Shown piece by piece: positions 1 to 9,005 of a stretch of DNA of 40,118 nucleotides. This DNA comes from a virus: the UHGV virus genome UHGV-0211833; one strand, given 5' to 3'. A program made the position numbers and the translations under genes. The notes beneath the pieces were generated by a model. The model had not been told where the DNA came from, ran no database searches, and saw only the letters and a program-made list of their open reading frames with translations. Every line of letters starts with the position of its first letter. The first letter of the stretch is position 1.

Positions 1-303
1 ATGGAAATCAAGAAAACTGTAAACTTAACGTATATGGCAGATGACAAATCGTTTGCAATGTCAACGGTTCTACAAGGTGACGGAGCGACACCGATCGTGC
101 AGACCATGGGCTTTGACACGCCAACAGAATACAAAGATGACGGGACGCCTGTTTATGGCAAGCCCGATGACACGATTAAGGAAGCGCAGAAAGAGTTTAT
201 GGCGGCCGCAATTGCGGAGCAGAAATCGCTGTGTAAGGAAAACGGGGTTGACCCGGATTTGGTCAACAAGGTAGGCGCAGAAAAACAAACGGAGGAAAAG
301 TGA
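1..303 (+). CDS. Hypothetical protein between the tail adhesin and the lysis cassette
   Basis: 100-aa ORF. Its RBS (AAAGGA) is at the far end of the window, consistent with a circular genome. Confidence 0.75.
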   Translation: MEIKKTVNLTYMADDKSFAMSTVLQGDGATPIVQTMGFDTPTEYKDDGTPVYGKPDDTIKEAQKEFMAAAIAEQKSLCKENGVDPDLVNKVGAEKQTEEK

Positions 304-304
304 T

Positions 305-445
305 ATGAACGAGATGCAAAGGTTGGCTATCGAAATCGCAAACAAAACAATCAAAATCGCAGAGCTGGAAACGGAAAACGAAAGGCTTAATGCGGAAATT
401 TCTGCATTAAAGTCTGAAAATGAAGGCAAAAACACTAAAAAATAA
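305..445 (+). CDS. Small coiled-coil hypothetical protein (46 aa, MNEMQRLAIEIANK...)
   Basis: Read manually (below the ORF-track cut-off). GGAGG RBS upstream, ATG immediately after the previous stop. Confidence 0.65.
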   Translation: MNEMQRLAIEIANKTIKIAELETENERLNAEISALKSENEGKNTKK

Positions 446-508
446 CAGTTAATGCAAAATTTTCTGCATTAACGGGTGGGTGGGTAGGATAAAAAAGGAG
501 CTGATTGC

Positions 509-898
509 ATGGCATTACACGAACTTTATTTTGAACACTTTGAAAAACTGATTGATAATCCTGTATTTTTCGCATTCTTTTTAATCGTTCTAATCGATAT
601 TTTGACGGGCTTTTTGAAATCGCTGGTCAACAAAAAGACAACGTCCAGCAAGGGTATCAGCGGACTTATCAAGCACTCAACGCTTTTGCTGGTCGTATGT
701 ATGCTATATCCGTTTTGCGACATTTACGGAGCAAGCGGCATGGCGGACACGCTGCTTGTCTTTTATATCTTATTTTATGCAATTTCGATTGTAGAGAACC
801 TAGGCGAAATGGGCATACCGGTGCCGATGTGGCTTAAGAAGTATATCTATAAACTGTCAGACGAATACAGAGAGGGGAAAAACGATGAACAAAAATAA
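509..898 (+). CDS. Phage holin (holin_4/toxin-secretion type)
   Basis: Three hydrophobic segments, D-ILTG and [14 protein letters not shown] motifs, overlaps the lysin start. Confidence 0.9.
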   Translation: MALHELYFEHFEKLIDNPVFFAFFLIVLIDILTGFLKSLVNKKTTSSKGISGLIKHSTLLLVVCMLYPFCDIYGASGMADTLLVFYILFYAISIVENLGEMGIPVPMWLKKYIYKLSDEYREGKNDEQK

Positions 899-2126
899 GG
901 TTATCTTAAGCGTTTTGAGTACGCTCGCATTGATGTCGGTAGGCCTTACTGCACAAGCCGCCAAGGGTGACCAGGGCGTAGACTGGGCACGATACCAGGG
1001 TATCAATGGCAAGTGGGGCTATGCGCACGATAAGTTTGCCATCTGCCAAATCGGTGGCACCACTGACGGTTGGAACACGTATGATCAGAGTACGTATCGC
1101 ACACAGGTAGCCGCTACTATTGCTATGGGAAGACGTGCTCATACTTATATTTGGTGGCAAAACGTCACCACGCAACAGCAAGCTGACAAAGTGCTTGACT
1201 ATTTCTTGCCAAAAGTACAAACGCCTAAAAAGTCAATCGTGGCGCTTGACGTGGAAAGCGGCACACAGAGCACAAGCACGGTTGACTATGCACTAAATCG
1301 CATCAAGCAAGCCGGTTATACGCCTGTTTTGTACGGCTACAAAAGTTACCTGGTCAATCATCTTGATTTGGCAAGCCTAGCTAAAAAGTATCCGCTTTGG
1401 CTAGCAGCATATCCTGACTACAACGTAACCGTAAAGCCTAACTATAATTTTTTTCCGTCATATGGCAACGTGGGCATCTACCAGTTTACGTCAACCTATG
1501 TAGCCGGTGGACTGGATGGGGACGTAGACTTGACCGGCATCACCGACAACGGATATCGCAACGGGGACGCAGGCAAGCCTGTAAGCAAACCAACCGCCGT
1601 CAAACAGGGCATTGTAGCCGACAACACGCCAAAACGAGACATTTCTACAGGTTACACGGTCAAGGTCAACTTCAGCGCCCGCAAGTGGGCAAGCGGCCAA
1701 TGCATCCCGTCATGGGTCAAAGGCCGCATGTACCCGGTTGTGCAAACAGGCGGTGACAAGGTGCTGCTAGGTGGTATCATGAGTTGGATCAAACGTTCAG
1801 ACGTGGAAATCTTGCAGACGGCCAAACAAGCAACGAGCGGTATTTATACGGTCAAATCGGGCGACAGTTGGTGGTCAATCGCTACCCGTCACGGTATGTC
1901 TATGTATGCGTTAGCCAGTCGCAACGGCAAGACTATCTACAGTATGCTGCACCCAGGCGACAAGCTGACCATCAGCGGGCAGACGTCACGTGTCTACACG
2001 GTAAGACGTGGCGATACGCTGAGTGGCATCGCCGGCAGACTGGATGTATCGGTAGGCCATCTGGCGCAGACTAACCATATTAGCAACCCGAATTTGATTT
2101 TTGTTGGCCAACGGTTAAACTATTGA
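885..2126 (+). CDS. Endolysin: signal peptide, GH25 muramidase, SH3-like region and 2 LysM domains
   Basis: N-terminal signal peptide, [14 protein letters not shown] and LDGDVD GH25 motifs, [13 protein letters not shown] and [13 protein letters not shown]ysM repeats. Confidence 0.93.
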   Translation: MNKNKVILSVLSTLALMSVGLTAQAAKGDQGVDWARYQGINGKWGYAHDKFAICQIGGTTDGWNTYDQSTYRTQVAATIAMGRRAHTYIWWQNVTTQQQADKVLDYFLPKVQTPKKSIVALDVESGTQSTSTVDYALNRIKQAGYTPVLYGYKSYLVNHLDLASLAKKYPLWLAAYPDYNVTVKPNYNFFPSYGNVGIYQFTSTYVAGGLDGDVDLTGITDNGYRNGDAGKPVSKPTAVKQGIVADNTPKRDISTGYTVKVNFSARKWASGQCIPSWVKGRMYPVVQTGGDKVLLGGIMSWIKRSDVEILQTAKQATSGIYTVKSGDSWWSIATRHGMSMYALASRNGKTIYSMLHPGDKLTISGQTSRVYTVRRGDTLSGIAGRLDVSVGHLAQTNHISNPNLIFVGQRLNY

Positions 2127-2206
2127 TGTTATAATTAAAGTATGCTCGGCAGAGTAAATATATATAGGAATTTTATTTTGTCGGTATAAAACAAGTATTT
2201 CGTTCA

Positions 2207-2240
2207 AGCCCCGTATGATGACGATACGGGGCTATTTTTT
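2207..2240 (+). terminator. Rho-independent terminator
   Basis: AGCCCCGTAT-loop-ATACGGGGCT followed by a T tract. Confidence 0.85.
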
Positions 2241-2244
2241 ATGT

Positions 2245-2279
2245 AAAAAAGACCCTTGGCGAAAACCAAGAGTCTTTTT
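2245..2279. terminator. Bidirectional terminator
   Basis: AAAAAAGACCCTTGG-loop-CCAAGAGTCTTTTT, with A/T tracts on both sides. Confidence 0.75.
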
Positions 2280-2310
2280 CTATACCACATCATAGGAGGT
2301 CTTTTTTTAG

Positions 2311-2573
2311 TTACAACTCACGACAACCACACGTTTTTGTGTTATCCTAAAAAGAGAGCAAATAAAATTATTTGCAACTCTATTATAACACATTGTTGTC
2401 CGTTTGTTGTCTTCAAACGCTGAAAACATTGATTAATAAGGCATCGTATAATTGATTTCAGATTAATTTGGAAACCGTATGAAACCGTAAAGAGCGATTT
2501 TATGCGGTTTTTGTGTTTTAGAAACATATAAAACCATATAAAACAATCAAATTGTTGTCTGTTTTGTTGTCTT
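2311..2573. other. attP region (arm-type and accessory-factor repeats)
   Basis: Pairs of TTGTTGTC direct repeats at 2393/2404 and 2552/2564, tandem GAAACCGTA (2471-2490) and AAAC(C)ATATA (2521-2544). Lies immediately downstream of the integrase. Core not pinpointed. Confidence 0.7.
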
Positions 2574-3656
2574 CTATATTTCGTCAATTGCCCTGATAAT
2601 TTTTTGATCTTCTCTTTCTTTGTATTCGTCTATCAGGTACGCATACACTTTAGCGGTTATGGTCATGTCTTTATGACCTAGACGCTTGGATATTGCGTGA
2701 AGGTCAACGTCTTTGGAAAGCAGGTAGGCTACATGGCTATGGCGTAGACTGTGGAAGTGATAGCCAGGTTTATCGATGTCGGCTTTTTTCAAAAATGAAC
2801 GCAAACTCGCATTGACACTCCCGCTGAACGGCATACCATTAGCGGTTTTAAAAATCATGTCATGGTTATTGTTTTTTAACTGCAACAAAGTACTAAGTAG
2901 GAACTTGTTAACTGCAATCGTGCGGTTGGACGAATCATTCTTAGGCGCTTTGATCGAATACGTGGTGGGCGACCATGATTTGGTTATGCTGATTGTCTGT
3001 TTGTCAAAATCGATGTCCGACCATTCAAGAGCCGTAATCTCGCCTAACCGCATACCCGTATAAATTGCCGTCAGTATCATGTAGGGGATAGGGTGCTTGG
3101 GATTGAGACTGCTTTTTATCGTTTCAACCAATCTTTTTATTTCTTCTACCGTCAAATAATCAACGCTAAGACCATGGTCACTGTTGTATACCGTCTCGGT
3201 TCGCTGTGTGAAGTCTTTGGTTATAACCTCGTCCACAACGGCCGACTTGACGCAGCTTTTGATAGTTACTGTAATTAACTGCATGGTGCTTTTTGCGTAT
3301 TTTTGGCCGATTTGGTTGAGGAACTGCTGATAATCAGCGCGAGTAACATTTTGAATTTTTACTCCATCAAAATATTTTTCTATGAGGTTACGCACGGTTT
3401 TGAATCTTTGGAGAGTGCCTGCTTGCACTTTAGGCCTTTTATATGTGTCTACCCATTGATCGTAGTAGTCTAAAAATAGTGCATCTTGCTTGGCTTTTTT
3501 TACACCATCTGCATCTTTTTCTATCGTAGCGGCATACCGTCTGGCCTCTAATTTTGTCGCAAAGCCTTGCTTGCTTGTTTGTCTTAGCTTCCCGTTTTCG
3601 TCACGATGACTGATAGTAACCTTCCAACCGCTTTTTAGTTTTCTATAACTTGCCAT
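2574..3656 (-). CDS. int: Tyrosine integrase
   Basis: Arm-binding N-terminus (GFATKLEA), TGMRLGEI, HSLRHSH, RLGH and the catalytic Y. Start placed at MASYRK behind a GGAAGG RBS. Confidence 0.95.
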   Translation of the reverse strand: MASYRKLKSGWKVTISHRDENGKLRQTSKQGFATKLEARRYAATIEKDADGVKKAKQDALFLDYYDQWVDTYKRPKVQAGTLQRFKTVRNLIEKYFDGVKIQNVTRADYQQFLNQIGQKYAKSTMQLITVTIKSCVKSAVVDEVITKDFTQRTETVYNSDHGLSVDYLTVEEIKRLVETIKSSLNPKHPIPYMILTAIYTGMRLGEITALEWSDIDFDKQTISITKSWSPTTYSIKAPKNDSSNRTIAVNKFLLSTLLQLKNNNHDMIFKTANGMPFSGSVNASLRSFLKKADIDKPGYHFHSLRHSHVAYLLSKDVDLHAISKRLGHKDMTITAKVYAYLIDEYKEREDQKIIRAIDEI

Positions 3657-3720
3657 AATATTCCTTCCCGTTGTATAATGACAATACAACTTAACATATC
3701 AAATCTTATCAAACTTATTA

Positions 3721-3759
3721 AAAAAGCCTATCCCTTGACCGAGTGGATAGGTTCTTTTA
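3721..3759. terminator. Terminator between the Sie-like gene and the integrase
   Basis: AAAAAG-CCTATCC-loop-GGATAGG-TTCTTTT. Confidence 0.65.
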
Positions 3760-3761
3760 TT

Positions 3762-4370
3762 TTACTGCACGTCTGCCGTGAATTTGGCTGGGTCGGCATC
3801 GTCGCCAGACGGGCAGAACTGCAATTCAAAGGTGCCCAGTTTGTCGGCAGAGTAGCCAACGGTTACATCTTCTTCTTTCCCGTCAGCTAACGAATCCAAG
3901 CCTGTACCGTCAATTGCATATTCTTCCAATTTGGTATCGTCTGGGTCATACACGTCTGAATCGTTGCCGATTGTTATTTCATCGCCCGTTTCGTTCTTGA
4001 TGTGGTAAATAACCTTAACAATGTATTTCGGCTGCTTATCTTCGAATTCGTTTCTCTCATCAGTCAATTCAACTGATTTGAGCGTATATGTAACTCCATC
4101 TACCTTTGCGGATTCTCCTACCTTGTGGTAAGTTTCGTCACTGTCGCTATCATCGTCATCAACGTCATCATCATCGTCATCGTAATCATCATAGTCATCA
4201 TCATCGTCCTTGCTGTTATCCTCTTTTACAAGGCTAGAAACAAGAGCACGAGCTTCTCGGGCTTCTTGTTCCTGTTTGATTTTGTGTGCTGCTATTCCGA
4301 CAATGGCAACAATCACAACAACAATGATCCAAAATACCGGCTTTTTATAAAACTTCTTTTTTTCTGACAT
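3762..4370 (-). CDS. Membrane-anchored DUF4352-like Ig-fold protein, superinfection-exclusion candidate
   Basis: KKFYKKPVFW plus a TM helix, Asp-rich linker, KVGESAKVDGVTYTL-type domain. Classic position between cI and int. Confidence 0.7.
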   Translation of the reverse strand: MSEKKKFYKKPVFWIIVVVIVAIVGIAAHKIKQEQEAREARALVSSLVKEDNSKDDDDDYDDYDDDDDDVDDDDSDSDETYHKVGESAKVDGVTYTLKSVELTDERNEFEDKQPKYIVKVIYHIKNETGDEITIGNDSDVYDPDDTKLEEYAIDGTGLDSLADGKEEDVTVGYSADKLGTFELQFCPSGDDADPAKFTADVQ

Positions 4371-4455
4371 ATGATGTCCTCCTTAAATATGAAATTCGCT
4401 ATATGTAAAAATTGCCTGTACCGTGTTATAATAACGGTACAAGCAACATTTTTCT

Positions 4456-4502
4456 TACCCGTCATGGCTTTTTACTGTCTGCTGCCATGACGGGTATTTT
4501 TT
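4456..4502 (+). terminator. 13-bp stem terminator with its T tract on the + strand
   Basis: TACCCGTCATGGC...GCCATGACGGGTA-TTTTTT. Confidence 0.7.
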
Positions 4503-5148
4503 ACAGTTCGATTGTTATACGAACTACTTTGCCGACTATTTTAGCCGGTCTGTTTCCATTCAATACGATAGGCTCGTATTTAGGGTTGTCAGGCATTAGC
4601 AGCACTTGACCACTTACGTATTTAACACGTTTTAATGTTGCTTCGTTAGTATCAAGCATTATCACTGCCGCTATTTCGTCATTTTCGACTTCCGGCTGGC
4701 TTCTAACCAGTACAAGCGAATTGTTAGGTATAGTCGGCATCATGCTATCGCCTTGAACCCTCAAATAGAAACATTTGCCATTGGGTAACTGATTAATCGG
4801 TTCCGTTACATACTCCGTAGCGTTTTCTTCGATTAAAAGCGGTTCTCCGCAAGCAATACGACTTAGAACTGGAATTTGAACCGTTTTGTAGATTGGCTCT
4901 ACAATAGTTTCAATTCTCTTTTCTTCTACTCCTCTTTTTTCGACCAAATCAGACTTGTTAACTTTAAAAATCTTGGCCATGGCTTCTATCCTATCAATAC
5001 GTGGATAAGACTCGCCGTTTACCCATCCTGTAACAGACGAATAAGAAACGCCTAGCATTTTGGCTAACTCAGCCCTCGATATATCCAGTCTATTGAGATA
5101 GTAGCGAATGTTCTCCGCCATTATTTCTTTATTACCGAGGTTCGACAT
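4501..5148 (-). CDS. cI: CI-like repressor (XRE HTH plus S24 peptidase)
   Basis: N-terminal HTH (SRAELAKMLGVSYSSVTGWVNGESYPR), ACG cleavage site, GDSM serine and TLKR lysine motifs, GGAGGTG RBS. Confidence 0.92.
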   Translation of the reverse strand: MSNLGNKEIMAENIRYYLNRLDISRAELAKMLGVSYSSVTGWVNGESYPRIDRIEAMAKIFKVNKSDLVEKRGVEEKRIETIVEPIYKTVQIPVLSRIACGEPLLIEENATEYVTEPINQLPNGKCFYLRVQGDSMMPTIPNNSLVLVRSQPEVENDEIAAVIMLDTNEATLKRVKYVSGQVLLMPDNPKYEPIVLNGNRPAKIVGKVVRITIEL

Positions 5149-5172
5149 TTTATCACCTCCCCTCATGTCTTT

Positions 5173-5304
5173 ATTATAGCAAAGCAAACAATGGTTTTCA
5201 ACAGTTAAACTAAAGAAAATAACGGTTTAACTAACAAAAAAAGGAGAAAAAAGACAAAAAATAACAGTTTAACCGTTGACATGACGATTAAACTGTTATA
5301 CACT
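5173..5304. promoter_or_regulatory. Divergent lysis/lysogeny switch: two promoters and four operators
   Basis: Leftward TTGAAA-17-TATAAT (5201-5173) and rightward TTGACA-17-TACACT (5276-5304). AACRGTTWAACYGTT-like operators at 5200, 5221, 5263 and 5283. Confidence 0.85.
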
Positions 5305-5329
5305 AAGAATGTCGAAAGGAGATGACAAC

Positions 5330-5563
5330 ATGAAAATGACATTGAAGGCATTGCGAACCCTTTACGGGTTGACGCAAAAAGAAGCCGGCCAATTGGTCGG
5401 AGTTAGTGAGAAAACTTGGCACTGTTACGAGAATTGTAAGACATTTCCACAAGCACCTACCATCGAAAAAATATCGGAGGTGTTCGGAGTTGACTATGAT
5501 GATATCGTTTTCGGCCGTTCGACTCTGCAACTTGATTGCAGAGAAAAAATTTGTGGTAAATAA
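5330..5563 (+). CDS. cro: Cro-like HTH regulator
   Basis: TLKALR...GLTQKEAGQLVGVSEKTW..YENCKTFP XRE HTH, divergent from cI. Confidence 0.88.
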   Translation: MKMTLKALRTLYGLTQKEAGQLVGVSEKTWHCYENCKTFPQAPTIEKISEVFGVDYDDIVFGRSTLQLDCREKICGK

Positions 5564-5580
5564 CAGTTTAACTGTTATTT
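5558..5580. promoter_or_regulatory. Distal operator at the end of cro
   Basis: Palindrome AAATAACAGTTTAACTGTTATTT, the best match to the switch operator. Confidence 0.8.
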
Positions 5581-5611
5581 CGTCCTTTGACAATTGAATA
5601 AGGAGGTGCCC

Positions 5612-5788
5612 ATGGAAGAAATAATCATCTTGTTTCTGACCGTTCATAACATGACAGTGGCTGAACTAGCTGACCGATACGAAGTCAGTCATGAAGAGCT
5701 GCTGAATGCGTTGAGCGGGAGGAACAGGAATATGAAACACGTCATTAGGCGAATAGCCATGGATATCGAAGGAGGGAAACTAAAATGA
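5612..5788 (+). CDS. Small HTH DNA-binding protein
   Basis: MTVAELADRYEVSHEELLNALSG HTH-like segment, AGGAGG RBS. Confidence 0.65.
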   Translation: MEEIIILFLTVHNMTVAELADRYEVSHEELLNALSGRNRNMKHVIRRIAMDIEGGKLK

Positions 5789-6135
5789 CAGACACAAGTC
5801 GTGCAATCACTATCACCATCGATGATGATTGCCTGCAGCGACTAATCAAAGAACGCCTTGATGAACTTGTCAATCAAGACGTAATAGGTGTTACGTGGTC
5901 GCTGGACCAATTCAGGCGTTATTGTTGTGCTAACAAATCTAAAGACTGGGTAAAGGCTTTTATCTTTATCCCGTTCGCTGAAGAAATTGATTGCGAAAAC
6001 GGGGGATGGCTAATTTTCCCACGAGGTAAAGGTCATTGCGCAATCATCTTCGCAAAACAAGCAAAAGACTGGATGGAGAATAACCACCACAGAATTAACT
6101 GGAGAGGAAAACTGAAAAAACTGGAGGAAATTTAA
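5785..6135 (+). CDS. DUF771 family protein (possible excisionase-like)
   Basis: WSLDQF...KDWVK...ENGGWLIFPRGKG...A..WME....INW pattern. Confidence 0.75.
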   Translation: MTDTSRAITITIDDDCLQRLIKERLDELVNQDVIGVTWSLDQFRRYCCANKSKDWVKAFIFIPFAEEIDCENGGWLIFPRGKGHCAIIFAKQAKDWMENNHHRINWRGKLKKLEEI

Positions 6136-6136
6136 G

Positions 6137-6487
6137 GTGAGCAAAAGAATAGATGATACGTTAGTGCCGGTATCGGTAGGATTGCTGGCACAACTTAAAG
6201 CGATGTCGGCATTCCGCAGATACCAAACGATGGATATTAAAGAGGTTTGGGACGAGATTGATAAGCAATGTGAAAAGGTTGAAGAAAACCTGAGCGCATC
6301 TATGAATATAGTAGCGCAAGCCCGTGCACTTTTTGAAGTCGAGAAAAGCGAAGGGAAAAAGGAAGCACAAGAACTCATTGATGAAATGATGACTAACGCA
6401 CCAGGCGAGGAAGGCAAAGTCTATATGGGTTTGGTCGCAATAACGTTGCGAAAGTTGAACAAGAAGTATGAGGAGGAAAATAAATGA
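6137..6487 (+). CDS. Hypothetical protein, paralog of 6484..6843
   Basis: ORF in operon, shares VPV..G.LA.L.AM and FE.EK..G motifs. Confidence 0.7.
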   Translation: MSKRIDDTLVPVSVGLLAQLKAMSAFRRYQTMDIKEVWDEIDKQCEKVEENLSASMNIVAQARALFEVEKSEGKKEAQELIDEMMTNAPGEEGKVYMGLVAITLRKLNKKYEEENK

Positions 6488-6843
6488 ATGAAGAAAAAGA
6501 ACCGGTAGTACCGGTACCGGCTGGTGTTTTGGCGGCGCTTGAAGCGATGTGCATACTTGGGGATAGTTGCAAGACGATCAACTACAAAGGGGTACTCGAC
6601 ACGATTTCCAGTCGCGCCGAGGAAGTTGAAGAGGGGTTAAGCGGTACTATCAGCGCATTATCGCTTTCGTATATGATGTTCGAAATTGAAAAAACACAAG
6701 GGGAAGAAGCGGCGAAAAAGTTGACGAGCGAAATCCTTGGGAGATTCCAAGGCAAGAAGAAAGAAGCTCTTGCACGATTTGTCGCTAGCGCCATTGACGA
6801 TTTTGAAAAAATGTATCGAGGTGATGAAAATGAACATCATTAA
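6484..6843 (+). CDS. Hypothetical protein, paralog of 6137..6487
   Basis: GAGGAGG RBS, coupled to the upstream gene. Confidence 0.7.
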   Translation: MNEEKEPVVPVPAGVLAALEAMCILGDSCKTINYKGVLDTISSRAEEVEEGLSGTISALSLSYMMFEIEKTQGEEAAKKLTSEILGRFQGKKKEALARFVASAIDDFEKMYRGDENEHH

Positions 6844-7030
6844 ACAATTAAAAGTGCGCAAGCTTAACAAGGAACGTGAACGCTTGCTCAACGAATTTAC
6901 GGTCGAAGATATCACTGTACAGGGCGTTTGGTCGCTTAGAAAAAGCCTGAACAACACCGCTAAAAGAGCATGTCTGATGGATGGTTTGGAAAAACTGGAC
7001 GCAAAGATCAAAGCAATCATGGAGGGATAA
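6830..7030 (+). CDS. Hypothetical protein
   Basis: GAGGTG RBS before MNIIKQLK. Confidence 0.6.
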   Translation: MNIIKQLKVRKLNKERERLLNEFTVEDITVQGVWSLRKSLNNTAKRACLMDGLEKLDAKIKAIMEG

Positions 7031-7034
7031 GAAC

Positions 7035-7367
7035 ATGAGTGAAATTAAAACAGAGCCGGAATCAAAGTACATTACGTTGGCAGTAGTTGAATACGATCCT
7101 GACGAAGGTACAAGAAACGAGGGAATTGCGGTAGAAAATATGATCGTCAGCCTTCCGACATTCTGCTGCCAAGTCAACAAGGGCGACTTGATTACGTTCA
7201 AAGAGTCCGTAGGCCCACAAATTTTCAATGGTAAGGTACTTGCTAAGCAAACATACGACGTTGAAGACGATTATTTGCCTATGTTGATGTTAGCATTTCA
7301 AAACAAATCCTTAGGAGCCCTTCCCACCGTTGAAACAAAAATTGTAGAAATGAGAGTGACTCGATAA
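7035..7367 (+). CDS. Hypothetical protein
   Basis: GGAGG RBS before MSEIKTEP. Confidence 0.65.
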   Translation: MSEIKTEPESKYITLAVVEYDPDEGTRNEGIAVENMIVSLPTFCCQVNKGDLITFKESVGPQIFNGKVLAKQTYDVEDDYLPMLMLAFQNKSLGALPTVETKIVEMRVTR

Positions 7368-7392
7368 ATGAAAAAGACGCCATCGTAAGGGG

Positions 7393-7638
7393 GTGATTTT
7401 TATGGATTATAAGAGGGATGCTTTTTTGGTGATCGACCCTGTGACGGGAGCTACAAAGCTGGTCGAACGGCCCGAAGAACCGGAACAAATTGTGAAAAGC
7501 TTTTTGAAGCAAGCCAAGAAACCGCATAGTTTGCTTTGGGCAATGGATCAGCTTGTCTATGAGGACTGGCAGAAATGGGAACCAGCAAGATGGAAGTTAT
7601 GGGAAATGTTCGAAGAGCTGAATAAACTTGGATATTAA
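7393..7638 (+). CDS. Hypothetical protein
   Basis: 81-aa ORF in the early operon. Confidence 0.55.
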   Translation: MIFMDYKRDAFLVIDPVTGATKLVERPEEPEQIVKSFLKQAKKPHSLLWAMDQLVYEDWQKWEPARWKLWEMFEELNKLGY

Positions 7639-7669
7639 AAAAACCGCCCCTGGGATAGGGCGGTAAAAA
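7637..7669 (-). terminator. Hairpin or terminator (T tract on the - strand)
   Basis: AAAAAAACCGCCC-loop-GGGCGGT. Confidence 0.55.
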
Positions 7670-7743
7670 TGAAAATGTTCCGTACAAGGAAAACTTTCAA
7701 AAGAAGCATTTATATTATAACACAAATTTAGGAGGAGAAACAC

Positions 7744-8109
7744 ATGTACAAAATCAAAAAGAATTCAAGAACATTAGAAGATGGAACCGAAATCACGACC
7801 TACAGTAGAGAAATTGAAAGTTGCAACATTCTAGAAGTTGAAGCCGGAACTACTGGCTATTGTGGCGGTGATACCGGTCATGGCGGTCGCACCTATTTTC
7901 GCATTCAAAATGAAGCATGCACGGATATGGAGATCCATAGTTATAGCGATCGGTACAACTATTACGTGTCTGATGAATGCGGGGATGAATGTGGGGTTGA
8001 AGTTGCCCTCGGGGGTGACTGTGAGCTTGAAACGATGATCCAGGCTTTGAAGTTTATCGTAAAGGTCCTTGAGGACGAATCTAAGGGAAAAATGTTAGAG
8101 GAGGAATAG
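7744..8109 (+). CDS. Conserved-looking phage hypothetical protein
   Basis: AGGAGG RBS, GTTGYCGGDTGHGGRTYFRI motif. Confidence 0.7.
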   Translation: MYKIKKNSRTLEDGTEITTYSREIESCNILEVEAGTTGYCGGDTGHGGRTYFRIQNEACTDMEIHSYSDRYNYYVSDECGDECGVEVALGGDCELETMIQALKFIVKVLEDESKGKMLEEE

Positions 8110-8111
8110 AA

Positions 8112-8993
8112 ATGAATGATTTAACAGTGCTAGAAAAATTATCAGTCAACTTCAAGCCTGGCACAATCGATTTTCCACAAGCAGAAGAACTGAAGAAACT
8201 GGTTGCTGACAAGCTTGATCAGACAAAAGGTCTGGTTGCCACTGACGAAAGCATTAAAGCAACAAAGGCATCACGTGCTGATGTCAACAAGCTTAAAAAG
8301 GCAATCGGAGATGTCAGAAAGAAATACAAGAGAGCGTGGAACGCACCGTTTGAACTCTTCGAGACAACACTCAGAGCGCTTGAAGGTGATTGCGACAGTG
8401 CGTCACAGGAACTCAAGTTGACCATTGACGGGTTCGAGGAAACGCAAAAGGAAGAGCGCAAGCAGAAGGTACAGGCGCTCATCGAAGAAATGGCGCCTAA
8501 CTACAACGTCAAAGCCGAAGATCTGCCTATCGCAGATAAGTGGTTGCTCAAGTCAACATCACAAAAAACGATCGTGCAAGAAATCGGCGAACAAATGAAG
8601 GTGCTCGTTAACCTGTACAAAGAACGTGATGAAATCGTAAAAAAGTGCATGAAGAGTGGCCTTGCTCCAGCTCCGTATATTGAAATGCACGAAAACGGGA
8701 TGTCATATATCGACGTTTCAAACAAAATTGAATCGGATCTGATCGACCGAGAAAATACGGCTGACCTCTTTAAGCAAGCCAAACAAGCCGAAGTAGCAGA
8801 ACAAAAAGCTGCTATGACGGATATTGGAGACGGGCGCTTGGTCGATAAAAATGGCGAAGTCAAGCAAGAACTGCAGCTTGTCACATTTACGCTCAAGGGA
8901 ACCAAGGAGCAACTTGATGATGTGGCCCGTTTCTGCATTACAAACGGGGTAAAAGTGGTCAAGGCAAGTAACAGAGAGACAGTGATTGAGTAG
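8112..8993 (+). CDS. DUF1351 family coiled-coil protein
   Basis: IDFP...K..RA..NKLKKAI.D.RK.YK...NAPF..FE pattern, next to SSB. Confidence 0.8.
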   Translation: MNDLTVLEKLSVNFKPGTIDFPQAEELKKLVADKLDQTKGLVATDESIKATKASRADVNKLKKAIGDVRKKYKRAWNAPFELFETTLRALEGDCDSASQELKLTIDGFEETQKEERKQKVQALIEEMAPNYNVKAEDLPIADKWLLKSTSQKTIVQEIGEQMKVLVNLYKERDEIVKKCMKSGLAPAPYIEMHENGMSYIDVSNKIESDLIDRENTADLFKQAKQAEVAEQKAAMTDIGDGRLVDKNGEVKQELQLVTFTLKGTKEQLDDVARFCITNGVKVVKASNRETVIE

Positions 8994-9005
8994 GGGGATA
9001 AAAGC

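Noticed and set aside
2342..2587. 81-aa minus-strand ORF downstream of int
   Set aside because: It runs across the attP repeats, has no RBS and has atypical composition.
4125..4367. Ile/Val-rich + strand ORF
   Set aside because: Antisense shadow of the Asp-rich linker in 3762..4370.
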